From Chlorokybus atmophyticus (lineage: Eukaryota > Plantae > Mesostigma and Chlorokybus algae), in assembly GCA_009103225.1 (NCBI GenBank), contig RHPI01002048.1:474731-517102 (forward strand): 42,372 nucleotides of DNA. Direction: 5' to 3'. The notes below the pieces were generated by a model. The model was not told the DNA's origin. It saw only the letters and a list, made by a program, of their open reading frames with translations, and searched no databases. This document shows positions 10,865-22,420 of this stretch, piece by piece. How positions within the stretch are numbered: position 1 is the first letter of the stretch; the number at the start of each line of letters is the position of its first letter. Both the position numbers and the translations under genes were made by a program.

Positions 10865-12572
10865 TTGTGTGCACACGCATGGAGATGCGCGCGCACGCGC
10901 GCGTCAACATGCTCACATGCGCGCGTCCGAGATGCAGACGCAAGCGTAATCATGTGTCCATCTTTATGCGTCCTGAACTGTTGGCTTTTGCCATTCAGGA
11001 AAAATGTTACAAGGAAGGCTCAGAGGGATCGCAAGGCCGAGAGGGAGGAGGCTGAGAGGCGTGCGAGGCGCGAGGAGCTCAAGAGGCTGAAGAATGTCAA
11101 GAAGCAGGAGATCATGGAGAAGTTAGCCAGAATCAAAGAGGTGTCAGGCCTGGAGGGTGCGTTTGACATGCCAACAAGTGGTTTTGTATCATGGTAGGTG
11201 CATTAGATCTGATCTCTCGCTTGCTGTGATCAGAGCTCAACCTGAATCCGGAAGACTTGGATGAGGAGTTTGACCCGGCCGAACACGATCGCAAGATGCA
11301 AGCGGCCTTTGGCGAGGAGTACTACAACGCCGCCGATGATGAGAAGTTTGACCCGGAGGCTCCACCGCCAGGTATAGCTGGTATTATTCTTCAGTCCACA
11401 TCACTTGGGTGGGTCCCTCCCCAACCAACATATGGATAGTAGTGGTGTACACCATGTAGGGAATGTTGTGTGTATGCTATACATAGTGCGCTGTTGTATA
11501 CCACATGCACGTAGTACAACACATGGCACAAAGTAGTAGCGTCCAACATGTAGTGTTACTCACTCTTTGATCGGCAACCAAGTGCTTGTGCCACGTGTAC
11601 TCATGATGAGTGACTGACAGAAGACGATGGTGACGACGCGGAGGAGGCATTGGAGGGCGATGTGGACATTGTAGAGCGCGATGAGAACGGTGTGGTGGCT
11701 GGCGAGGATGAGACTCAGACAGCCAAGCAGAAGAAGCGCGTGAGGCAAAAGCTGCGGAAGATGTGGGAAGACCTGTACAAGCTCGACTACGAGGACACGG
11801 TACGCGTCTTGTTGTACTGTGTGCTCTAAAAAGCATGCGTGTCATGCGTGTCGGTGTTTTGTTTCACAGGTTGCGGGCATGCCGACAAGGTTTAAGTACA
11901 CGACAGTGCCGGCCAAGAGCTACGGCCTCGCGCCAGAGGAGATCCTGATGGCTGACGATCGCGACCTCAACGCACGCATTTCACTCAAACGCCTCGCACC
12001 GTACGTGTTCATCCCTTTGTGCAGTTGTTTTGTTTATCAGTTGTGTTATGCCTGATGAGGGTGATCGGGAACTCAACTTGCATTATCGTGTCGTATAGGT
12101 ACCGAGAGGACGATGGGAGGTACAGGCGAAGCGATGGCACACTGACTGGAAGGAGGAAGCGCAGAGAGGACACGCAACAGCAGCAGCAGCTGGAAGCATG
12201 TGACGAGCCTCCTGAAGACGAACCCTCTGAAGGTAACCTGCACTTGGTTGATCACTGATTATTTTGCCATGCTGTTGTTCACTCACTTCAAATCCAGCCA
12301 ACAAGATTGCCAGTCGTGCGATGTGTTGGCTGAAACGACTTGACTTTTCTCATTTTGCCCTGGCAGCCAAACTGACCAAGGCGCAGAGGAAGAACCTGCG
12401 GAGGACGAAAAAGAGGCAGCAGTTGAAGGGGGCGAATGGCGCGCATGACAATGGGCAAGGACCGGCGGTTGCAGCTGAGAATGCGGCTGTTCCTGCAGAG
12501 CGCCTCGCGGCGTACCAGCTCGGGGGACAGAGATATGGCAAGAAGCCTGATAAGAAGAAGATGAAACAGTAA
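8978..12572 (+). CDS. KRI1: KRI1 homolog, 40S ribosome biogenesis factor
   Basis: Exons 8978-9250, 9826-10254, 10463-10740, 10999-11156, 11234-11371, 11621-11799, 11870-12000, 12099-12232, 12367-12572. Family motifs: LTVNEDYARRFEHNKRR, DERFLKGYLLNRGW, FEATYNFRFEEP, EELKRLKNVKKQEI, LDEEFDPAEHDRKM, LYKLDYED, RFKY...YGL..EEIL.ADD.DLN..ISLKRLAPY. Confidence 0.96.
10814..10866 (+). repeat. (TGCCTG)n hexamer microsatellite in KRI1 intron 3
   Basis: About 8 tandem copies, directly visible. Confidence 0.9.
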
Positions 12573-13149
12573 CAAGCTGAGCGGTATTGAGCGGTGCGGT
12601 GATGTGGTGAAGTTGTTGGGTTTGTAAAATTGGAAATGTCCCGAACCGTATTCTGCACCAGGTTGCTTTTTCTGGTTGGGTTTGTTGCAAGCATGTACCT
12701 TACACTCAGCCGTGAACCCCACAGAATTTATTGCCCAAAGCATGTTTCGCGTATTTCGCGTGCTTTGTAAAACACAGGATTTAAGCGAGGCTGACATTTT
12801 GAACACAGCGATTGCGAGCTTGTTGCTGTCACTGCATATTCATTGTAATTGACTCTTTTTGCTTGACATATGCATGCATACATTAGCCGCCCAGTGAACA
12901 GCGTGCCTGTGTGGCGCCGAATTCCTGCAGGTAACAGAGATAGGGCATTTGGCTATTGCTTATAACCATGGGAGTGTATTCACGGCTCGCTTATTGCAAT
13001 GCTGTCTTGGCAGCGAGTGCATGGGTACAACTTACTGACCTGACTATCCACATTGTTTCAGGACTGTACACTACAGTCTTGAAAGATTAAATCTACATAA
13101 TGCTTTGCGTGCAGGTATCTATGCATATGCTGTGTTGTATGTACAGCGG

Positions 13150-16100
13150 TCATTGCTCGCGCAACGCCCATCGTGCGCGTATCTCATGTAGCGCTCGCAC
13201 AATCTGCGGGTCCACTGCATTTGTCGACGACCAGCAGTATGCTTTGAGGTCCTTGAGTTGCCTTGACGGGAACGGGTACGACGCCAAGTCCAGGTCCAGA
13301 GCCTCCTGCATGCCCAAACTGCTAGCAGCCTTGGACTTGATTGTGTTGTTGGTTTGGCCGTCATAGGACACTATCATGGATTGCCACGCCGTGAAGGCAC
13401 GCCTACGCAACCTGCGCTTGTATGCTGCCAGTGCCAAGGCATGCAAACGCGACTCCCCGCTGGACCAACAATGCGTCAAGAAAATGGTCAGGATACACAT
13501 GACATATGCTTGGTGTTATTGTGTCGGGTGTCTCACCTACTACTGCGATGACTGGACCCTCCCGCGCTTTTTGCAACAACGTTACATGTTGGTGACATGT
13601 CTCTGCGAGAAGACGTGCGGTGCTGTGCACGCGACTGCACGACAAACTTGTGGAGTGATCTAAAGCCCTGTTTCAGCTTCCACCTGGCTTGAAATCGCAG
13701 CTGGAGAAGAAAGTTAAGGATACACATAATTATTATCAGTATATAGTGAACAGGTAAGTACACAGAACACTAGGGGGATACAGCGCGATGTTCTCGAGCG
13801 CGTGCACGCCATCGCAGCACGCACTCGCGCAAGAGGCGGCGCTTGCGCAGGCGCATGGCGGCAGCGGACCTCCTTGCCACCACCCTCCTATAGTGAGAGG
13901 GATTTCATGTGACATACTTTCACACAGTGAGTGACATTCTTTCAATACTAACATCTTACTCACCTCTCATGATGGCGTATGACCCATGCAGACAATGCTC
14001 CTGCGAGCAAACTTCGCGCATGGGAGCGGGTGACACGCGCCTTCAAACCGCATGAACACGCCTCACGCCACGCCCACAGCCGCCATTCCCTCATGACTTC
14101 CCTGCAACACACCCCAACAGCCGTTACACACCACCTTGCATGCTGATGCAACACATATGCTAATACGACAGACAGACGACTTAAGCATGCACACCTCTTC
14201 ACGAGCCTGCGCCAGCGCTCACGATGCCCAGCAACAATCGCGCACTCTTTCGTGTTGAACACGCGTACGGCCTCAAGTGCTCTCGCCAACATCACGCGTC
14301 GGTAGTGCACCTCAGCAGCCGCACGCTTCTCCACAACAGGCCTCTGCAGCGCTCCCAAGGCCCGCCGCGCCCGCAACCTCCTTGCATACGCGTACACGCT
14401 GCTTAACCTGAGCTTCACGTGCATGTTGTACGGCGCGCGCGTGTCCTGAACATGTGCCGCTGCGCGCGCGTGCCAACGCGAGAGCGCAACGCGCACACGC
14501 TGTAAGAAGGTCTTGTGCGCGCGTGACTGAAACAAAGGCTCGGCCATTGCGCGAAATGCGCGGCAAAGGAGGGATGTCCTGCGAAGCACGGAGGCGGCAT
14601 TCATGGCCACGGCGTCCTTGCGTTTGTCAATGCTGCGCACTGCAAACTCTCTCCAACATGCGAGCGTGATGCTGCACAGACGGAAAGCCTCCGCATGTTG
14701 TGTCGGCACAGCAAGCGCATCCCACCTCTCTTCCGCTGGGTCCCAACACGACAACAGCATCAGCACCACCACCAACAATAACTGTAGCAACGTCAGCAAC
14801 AACACCAGTGTCAACACAAGCACAAACACCATACCATGCGTGAACACGCGTCGCAACAGCTGCCTATTGCCAGCTTTCCACCTCCACAGCCAAAACCTCT
14901 CCCTCATTACTCCACCCATCACAGCCTCATACCGCCCTCTGGAAACGCGCCTCAACCTCGCCGCCCTCCTCCATGCCCGCAAGCACGCATCAACTCGCTT
15001 CCCCGCCCTCGCCCTCAGCCACAACTCCACCCGCGTGCGAAGCTCCCTCATCCTTTGCACCCACTTACGCCAGGCCACAAATGCCATGCGGGCCCGATGT
15101 TGGGTATTACGCTCGGCCACGGCGCGCGCACGCCAACGCAAGTCTGCGGCGCGGCGGGTGAGACGGGTCCAGCGCATGAGGGCCACGTGTAGGAGGGCGC
15201 GCGCGAGGGCGAGGGCGGGGATACCGTGCCAGGCGTGGAAGGTGGCGGAGAGGAGGTGAGATGGGCGCAGCAACGAGGCGAGGGTGGCTCTGCCAGAGGC
15301 AAACAGGACAAAGACACACGTGTTTGCGCATGTGTGTGTGCATGCCATGCGCGCGTGCATGTGTGTGTGTGTGTGGCTGTGGCTGTTTGCTGGGTGCGTG
15401 CGTGACATAGACTCAAGCCTAACATACCACTTGAGACATACCGTTCATGTGCGAGTGTAACGTTTTGTATGAACCCATCGAATGCCGTGCGCAGGACTTT
15501 CCTGGCTCTGTAGCGCACGCACGCATCACGCACGCTGCTTGTGACGCTCGCGGCTGCACCAACACTGTCCTTCTCACTGCAGCCACCTTTCTCCTCCTCG
15601 ACATCATCGCCTCTTTCACCGGCCTCTACGGTATCCAAGGACCTGTTCTCCACAACTTCTTCAAGGCGGCCAACAACAGCACGCGTCTGCTGCAATTGTC
15701 CTTGCGCGACGGTGACTGTGTGGGCACCTTCTGACCCCTCTGGAAGCACCGCTGCCCTGCGTGCGTGTTTCGACTCACCAACAGAACCACACACACGCCG
15801 CTGATACAGCTGCGCGGCTGCCGTCATCTTTGGTTCGGCAGCATCATTGCCAGCATGATGCTTGTGACCCAGTCCTGTCTCTTCTACACTCCTCTCAGAT
15901 GCTGCACCACAAACAGCGTGTTGTTGTTGTGTAATCTCTGTGCCATTCTCCTGTGGACCCCCCAGCGCCTGCACGAGCTGTCGGCACCGTGCGACGTGTT
16001 CGCGCAGGGCTCGCAAGCTGGCGCAAGCGAGGACGTGGGCGTGAACGGCTCTGGCATGTGCGAGGGCTGCGGACTTGACACCGCGGATGCGCGCGTATGC

Positions 16101-18612
16101 ACGCCACGCTGCCAGCTGGCGTCTTTGCTGAGCACATAGCAGTGTTGGTGTACAGACTGCAGGGATGCAAACCAACCATCACAAACAGAACTGACCTTGT
16201 AGGCCAACAGTACGTGATGCAAGCCGTCCGTGTACTTGCGCAGCTCGGAGCTTCGCTTGGTGTGGCGCCCCAGCACCACAAATGCAGCTCTCATCAAGCT
16301 CTCTGCGCACAGCTGGTTGGGGAGTCCATGAAACCACAGTGCAAGTTCACTGTGCAAAGCGACAACATCTCGTGATTATTGCTGGCATAGGTATCGCGTT
16401 GCAGTGGGCCAGCCTGCTTCCACATACCCACATGCAAACACCACATGGATACGTGTGCAGGCGTGTACCGCGCTGGGAGCGTGTGATATTGTCGACGAGC
16501 CGTGCCCGCAGCCGTCTCAGCGCGCACGCATTGCGCAACGCCTCAAACGGCACTTTCACGAGCGCCTTCTTGCGCAGCTCCTCCATGACTGCCGCCTCGA
16601 ACGCCCTCATCGCGCGTACGCTCTTGTCACCTGCACGCTTTGCACTCATTGTTGTTGTTGTTCTGCTTTGCTGCAGCCTGTCGAGCTGCAGCGTGGCGGC
16701 GGACAAGCGGTCCGACCAGGCCGCGGCCACGCGTCCCAGCCGATTGGACTCACGCGTGGCCACCGTGCGCGCTGCACGCAGGGCTGAAGCTAAAGGAGGG
16801 ACGGCAACGGCACCTGCAAGAGACGTCACACATTATACATGTATGCGGGTGGGGTCATGCAGGATGCACACACGGTGGGTGTGCGCACACACATGCACAT
16901 GCACCCTTACGCACGTACGTGCTTGCTCCCCCGCACTCACTCTCTGATGCACGCACACGCATATAATACGCACGTGCCTTGGGCCTGTTGCAGCAGCCTG
17001 AGGGCATCATCAGCTGGCAAGTCAGCAACCCGTTCATCGTTGTCCTCTTGTAGCTTTGCCTCTACCACGCGTGCATGTGTGCGTGCAAACTCAAACGCCG
17101 TGGCACGCTCATCCCGCATTCCCTCACGCTCATCCTCCTTCTCCTCCACCCTCTCCTCCTCCTGCTTGACCGGCGCGCGTCCGCCAAGCCCCTGCATGCG
17201 GCGCTTCAAGAGCGCGAGGTGTTGCACGCGCATGGCGCCCTGCACGTCGGCGGCGCGCTCCACGCCCTCGCGGTCGACCTTGTTGTCATTCAGGAAGGCT
17301 TCCATGCTGGCAAGGTGGCGTTGTTGAGCCTCGCGCTCGCGGTCGAGCCGCGCGCGCGTGTCCGCCAGCCTGGCCGCCACCTCCTCGACAACGACATTGG
17401 TCTCACCATGCACAACATCTCCAACATACGCATAGTCTTCAGATTGTTGCTCATGCGATGAAGGCGGATGGCTCACAACCATCATTGCTGCTTGTTGATT
17501 GTTATCTTCAAAGTCAAAGCTGTGGCTGTTGTCATTGTTGTTGTCATTGTTGTCGTTGTTGTTGCTGTCGTCGCCGCCGAGTTCCCGCGCAAGGGAGAGG
17601 GCGCTGGCAAGCAGGGCTGCCTCGTCCTTGTCATCACCATGGGGGTCGTCATCCTCATGATGGTCGTGGTCATGCGCTTGACGGGTAACATTGGTGTACA
17701 TGTGGGTGTGTGGCAGCACAGTCAAGCGCACAGGCATGGGCAGAGGGGGCAGAGTCCAGGGCTCGGTCTCATCATCAGACGTTGTCTGCATGCAGACACA
17801 GATGAAACATGCACATTCCTGACGTGCGCCTTCGCATGCACGTCTCAACTTCTCCGCACACGCATATGCACACGCACACGCACACACATGTATACGCACG
17901 TAAAAGAAGAATATATGTAAGGTGATTGTGGCTCACAGGCTGCTGCTGTTTGAGGATGGACTTGACGGGCTGCTGCGTGGCGCGGTTGTGAGCATGTGTG
18001 CCGGCGGAAGGCAAGCTCCCTTCACCCCTTTTCTCCGTCTCCTTCTCCTCATCTTGCGGTGCAAACCTGTGACCGATGTATAGCTTCTTCTTGGTCACAA
18101 CCGTCAGGGTGGAATATGTACTTACAACAATTAAGGGTTAGGGTTTATAAGCTTGCACTGGCTTTGTTGGATTCAAGGAAGCCAACACAAAGCGCGTGCA
18201 TTGCGTATGTAATTGCAGTACAAGCACACTGTTCGTGCAAGTGATACCAACAACTCACTTCGCATGTGCATGTAGGATATCGTGGATATATTTCAACTTA
18301 CTACATACTTCACACTGCGCAACGTAAAACATATCGCTGTTTAACGTGAAAATTGCTATAATGCCAACTGCCAAAGTGACTTTGCCAGGGGCATTTAGCA
18401 AGTGCAGTTTCTCAATTTGGTAGAAGTTAAAGTGACGTCACCGTATACCAAAGCTGATTGTATTTTGATTGCTTCAGTACCACACTGAAGGTCAATTGCA
18501 CTGTTACGCAATAGGCAACAACCGTGCATGCTTACCGAACGGTTTTCTTGGGAGACGCCGTGGCTGCGGCAGTAGAGGAAGCACTAGGCGACCCATCTAG
18601 AAGCTTCTTCAT
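13150..18612 (-). CDS. Sfi1-repeat (centrin-binding) basal body / spindle pole protein; start uncertain
   Basis: Multi-exon, Arg/Ala-rich helical frames with periodic Trp matching Ax7LLx3(F/L)x2W: ALAAYKRRLRRRAFTAWQ, ASVLRRTSLLCRAFRAM, HARSLLAGALSAWV, AFVAWRKW, CLRAWRR. The N-terminal part is acidic/low-complexity plus coiled coil (LADTRARLDREREAQQRH). The proposed first exon 18612-18536 (MKKLLDGSP...KKTVR) splices in phase to FAPQDEE. Stop TGA at 13152-13150. Internal exon borders were not all resolved. Confidence 0.75.
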
Positions 18613-19656
18613 ACACCATTCCTGCCCTTCTTTCCCTCATGCTCCTCGTCGTCCTCGTCCTCATCCTCATCCACCTCCTCCTTCTCCGCCACCACCTGCC
18701 ATGCCTTGGCGAAATTGGCGCAAATTGGGCGCAATCTGCTTTCTAACGGCAACAGCAGCAGCAGCAGCAACAACGCTGCGGAATAACGGCTTTGCTAACG
18801 CAGCGCACAACAACAACGCATCCGACGGCCGATACAGCCAGCACGCTTCGGATGGCTCAGGTGTATCCTGCCGGCACTTTTGGCGGCCGCGGCACGCCAA
18901 TAGATAAACATCGACCGGGCGTGGGACAGATCGGCAGAAAGATTATCAAAAAAGGGCGCAGAATTGTGTGTTCCTGAACAGCCTACACTGTAGCAGCTAG
19001 CGCCCTGGTACTTACCTGCTCATGGGGCCTATAGACCTACAATCATAGGGGCCCGGCGTCCTCTTCGCGTCAAGTCACACAAGACTTGCTGATGCTAACT
19101 GAGTTGTGACCTACTTGAGAGACTCCCGGTTACTGAAGTTGGTTACCACCCGTTTACCCCCATGGCCAGGTCAACTCCCTCTGCGCATTCGCACGACCGT
19201 TTTCCCCCATGCAACCGTCGAATCTGATACCGCTTTCGTTCTGTTGGAATCTCTGCCAGCAGCTGCTGTGCAGCAGCCCCCATCATGCCAAGAACGGTCT
19301 TCGTCGCTTCATAAAGCACTTTCAATAGTCAAGACCTCTTGATGAATCCGAGAACATGACATGAAGCAGGACAAGAGCTGAGTCGTGCGACCGCGCGCAG
19401 TCAAAGGCGGCGCTTAAACGCCGTCTAAATTAGGCACAGCCACCACACAAGTTGCACACGAGTTGGCAGCTGGGCTGGCCAAACTCCGCGCGCCAGTCAA
19501 CTCGGCCAGTTTGGCGAGCGCGCAAGACGCGCGCGAGCGCTGCAGCAAGCATCAAAGTCGACAAAACTGCGCGATACCGCGTGTTTTATCAACTCACCTC
19601 TGCCAATGCGGCCTTCAATGTCGCCGCGTGCAAGGCATTACCAACATTGCAAAGCT

Positions 19657-19928
19657 GTTGCGCAGTGCCCATTTGCACTGCGCAACCTTGCCAAGCTGTA
19701 TCGCAACACGCGGGCGAGCTGCATCGCGACACCCACAACGACGTCTCAGTTAAAAGGTAAAGCTAGCCTCGGCCAATTATTTTAACCAAGCGACTGGGCT
19801 TGCTTGGTTCCGCAAACCGGTTATCAACAGCTGATAACGCTTCGCTGGCTGAGAGCGAAGTAAGGCGCGCCAACGGAACCTCTACCGAAACAGCGTCCGG
19901 ACAAACGTTATGATGCGGTCTGGACGTT
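19657..19928. other. Cluster of short stem-loops in the divergent intergenic region (possible structured RNA or repeat relic)
   Basis: Stems at 19657-19686 (12 bp perfect), 19784-19809 (8 bp), 19820-19838 (7 bp), 19840-19860 (7 bp) and 19892-19928 (10 bp with two G-U on +). No known RNA family recognised. Confidence 0.4.
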
Positions 19929-21081
19929 GGGGGTTTGCCTGGTTTTGGTAACGTGACTTATGTATTTTCAGCCTGTACGACCTGTTAGCAGTGCGTGTTA
20001 TTGCGCACGTTATTGGCAACTGTGATATCTTGCGGGTGGTGAGCGCGCGTGTAAGGCGACGTGGCCGCCTCCGCTGCCGCGACCGCCGCCGCTGACCGCC
20101 ACTAACAACGGTTTAGACAGCGACCGGGTAAACGGCCTTGGAGCGCAACTGTGGTTCCCAACGCCGGTTAGCGCTATAACCTCGGGTTCACGCCGAAATA
20201 CCAACAAGCCGGGGTTAAACTTTTCGCAATAGAGGACGCAACGAAGCACACATATATTTGCAACCTTGCACACAACGGACTGAGGAGTGTGGCGGCGGCG
20301 TGGGTAGTGGCGGCACTGTGGGGCCAGGTTGTTGGTGGCGCGGGCGGCGGGCGGTCGGCCGAGGTGGCCGTGCCAGCTCCAGTGTTTGAGGTCGGGGCGT
20401 CGTCGTTGTACAGGACGGCAGCGACGGTAGAGTCGGCGGTGAGACCACTTTGCACGGACGGCGTCATGCGTTGCGGTAGCTGCACCGGCAGGTGTTGCTG
20501 CTGCTGCTGTTGAAGAAGCGTCCCGACGGACGAGGCGCGCTGCTTTTTCACGTTTACCCTCGCTTGTACAGGTGAGGCTTTGTCATACTATGTAGACGTA
20601 GTGTCTCTTTGTAGTGATGTCGGGGAGGGCAAGGCGCCTGTGAGCTGGTTGCTTAGAACTGTGACGTCGAGTTTCTTAGCTTGTCACGCCGACCACCCGC
20701 GTTTTGGAAGTTTCGACGTGCAGCATAGCATTGATGCAGCCAAGTTCCAAGTGCTGTTGATGGTGGTACTCTGCCATAAATCATCTGCAGTGGCCGTGGC
20801 AGCTAGCCTTCTCGTCCGTTTATGTCGCCAGTGTTCCTCGCTCCTAGGTGCTGTGCGCTGCCTATCAAGTGCTAGCACATTTATCTGCAGCATAGTTATA
20901 TAGAGCTGCTTCTGGTTTGCTGTGTAAATGCTACCGCAGCCACTTCTGTGAAAGTAGTTTTGCGAACTGTCTCCCAATCCCCGCCTGTGCTCTGCTTACG
21001 TACAGCATTGTCCCTGCTCTGTGCACACATGCCCGTTCAACCACATCTTCCTTGCAGGTCTGTTCCTATTAACCATCCAGC

Positions 21082-21713
21082 ATGGAGGTCTGCACAACCC
21101 AAGGCGCACAGCTGGCAGCTTGGAAGCTTGGTCCAGAAGGCAAGCCTGATGGAGATAGTCAGCCTCGGCGGAGGCGCGCAAGTCAGCAGAGCAGGGAGGT
21201 GTCAAGCCTGCAGGTTTACGGCTCCGCCCCGCGTGACTCGGAGCTTGTCTGCCCTTGCCCTCGCCGCCCCTGTGCTCCTCAGGCCGGCACTGGAGTTCCC
21301 ATCATGACCTCTCCTGCCGAGATCATTAAGCTCGGGCGCCGCCGCAGCTTCAACAAAGCTGAGCATGAGGTGGATGCTGGCCGCGAGATTCTGGATATCT
21401 TTGCTGCCAAGGTGAGGAAGAACCCTATGCCCATTGCTAGCTTTCGTTGTGTTAGTTCTTATGTTTGTTTCACACTTGATGCTTACACTAGTGTTCCCCG
21501 CAGTTTGCCCAGCTGGAGGCTGTCCCATTTTTGTCTGTATATAGTGAGTCTCCACCAGTGTGCTGCACCCCTCCCTGCCGCACAAACAACCCCCTCATTC
21601 GCGATATGCGCTTCACCAAGGATGAGAGCAGCATCCGCATTCAGAATGCTCCCATTACTGGCATCGGTTTCCGCACCATAGCTGATGCTCGAACCAGCCC
21701 ACTGTGTGCATAG
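21082..21713 (+). CDS. Small plant-type uncharacterised protein (CPxPRR / AGxEILDI / SPP-x-C-x-PP-R-x-NPLIxDxRF motifs)
   Basis: Exons 21082-21411 and 21504-21713 (AAG|gtgag ... ccccgcag|TTT, phase 0) give ...ELVCPCPRRP...DAGREILDIFAAK|FAQLEAVPFLSVYSESPPVCCTPPCRTNNPLIRDMRF...CA-TAG. From memory, these three motifs match a land-plant family of unknown function (Arabidopsis At5g16110/At3g02555-like); not verified by search. Probable 5' UTR intron at about 20572-21057. Confidence 0.75.
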
Positions 21714-22273
21714 AACATGGCGGTACGTTGTTCTGCCAAACCTCACGCTCCGCGTGAAGCCGTGTGCAGCTTCGTTCACAGCGGGATTTTGTAGGTCTTT
21801 TTGCAACTGGATGTTGCTTTTTCGAGGATATTTTGTAGGTCTGGTGTACATACCATTCTTCGCAGTAGTTGATTGCACGGAGTAGCCCAATTTTTGGACA
21901 GTTTGTGGGCCCGATGCAGGCATGGAGGCCTGTTTTGAGAGCAGGTTTGTAGGTGATGGGTAAGTGTTATATAGGCTGCTGCCAGTCTCTTGGCCAGCAG
22001 TTGTGAATATGTGATATGGTAGTCAGACTTGCCCAGCTGTACGTAATAACTACCAAAACTCTCTTCTCTATCTTGTCTCGTCTGTTTGCTACGCCTGTGT
22101 GGTCGCTCACAATTTCCATTATGGTTGTGGTTAGTCAGAATTGACTGTTTGACAACAGTCTGCTTGACATAGACTAGTGACAGCCAGCTTAAATGATTTT
22201 TTGGCAGATGTAGGCTGAAAGATAATTACCATGATGGCGTATGCTGACAGAGTGTAGTTGTAGACCAGTAACA

Positions 22274-22420
22274 CCGTGTGCAAGTTCCCATGACTAACAT
22301 GGTGGTACATGGTGTGTAGCGGCCTACTCAGTGTACATGCGCCCGTGTGCAAGACCCTGTAACTAACATTGTGGTACATTGTGTGTAGCTACCTAATCAC
22401 TGTACATGCGCCTGCGAATC
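22274..22420 (+). repeat. Degenerate tandem duplication, period 69 bp, about 2 copies
   Basis: ccgtgtgcaag...actaacat.gtggtacat.gtgtgtagc...gtacatgcgcc at 22274 and again at 22343. Confidence 0.85.

Noticed and set aside
18133-18146. Telomere-like / telo-box AAACCCTAACCCT on the - strand
   Set aside because: Only about 2 units, located inside a predicted intron; not a telomere, and there is no evidence for a telomerase RNA template context.
19009-19060. U1 snRNA (TACTTACCTG followed by a hairpin)
   Set aside because: There is no U1-70K loop (GAUCAC), no AUUGCAC loop II and no Sm site downstream. It is better read as the reverse complement of a strong 5' splice site.
3826-19902. GTCCGGAC shared by two divergent intergenic regions (about 3826 and 19895)
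   Set aside because: Two hits of an 8-mer are near chance expectation in GC-rich DNA.
21082-21681. Unspliced 199-aa ORF as the gene product
   Set aside because: Splicing 21412-21503 gives the conserved NPLIxDxRF motif in frame; the read-through frame loses it.
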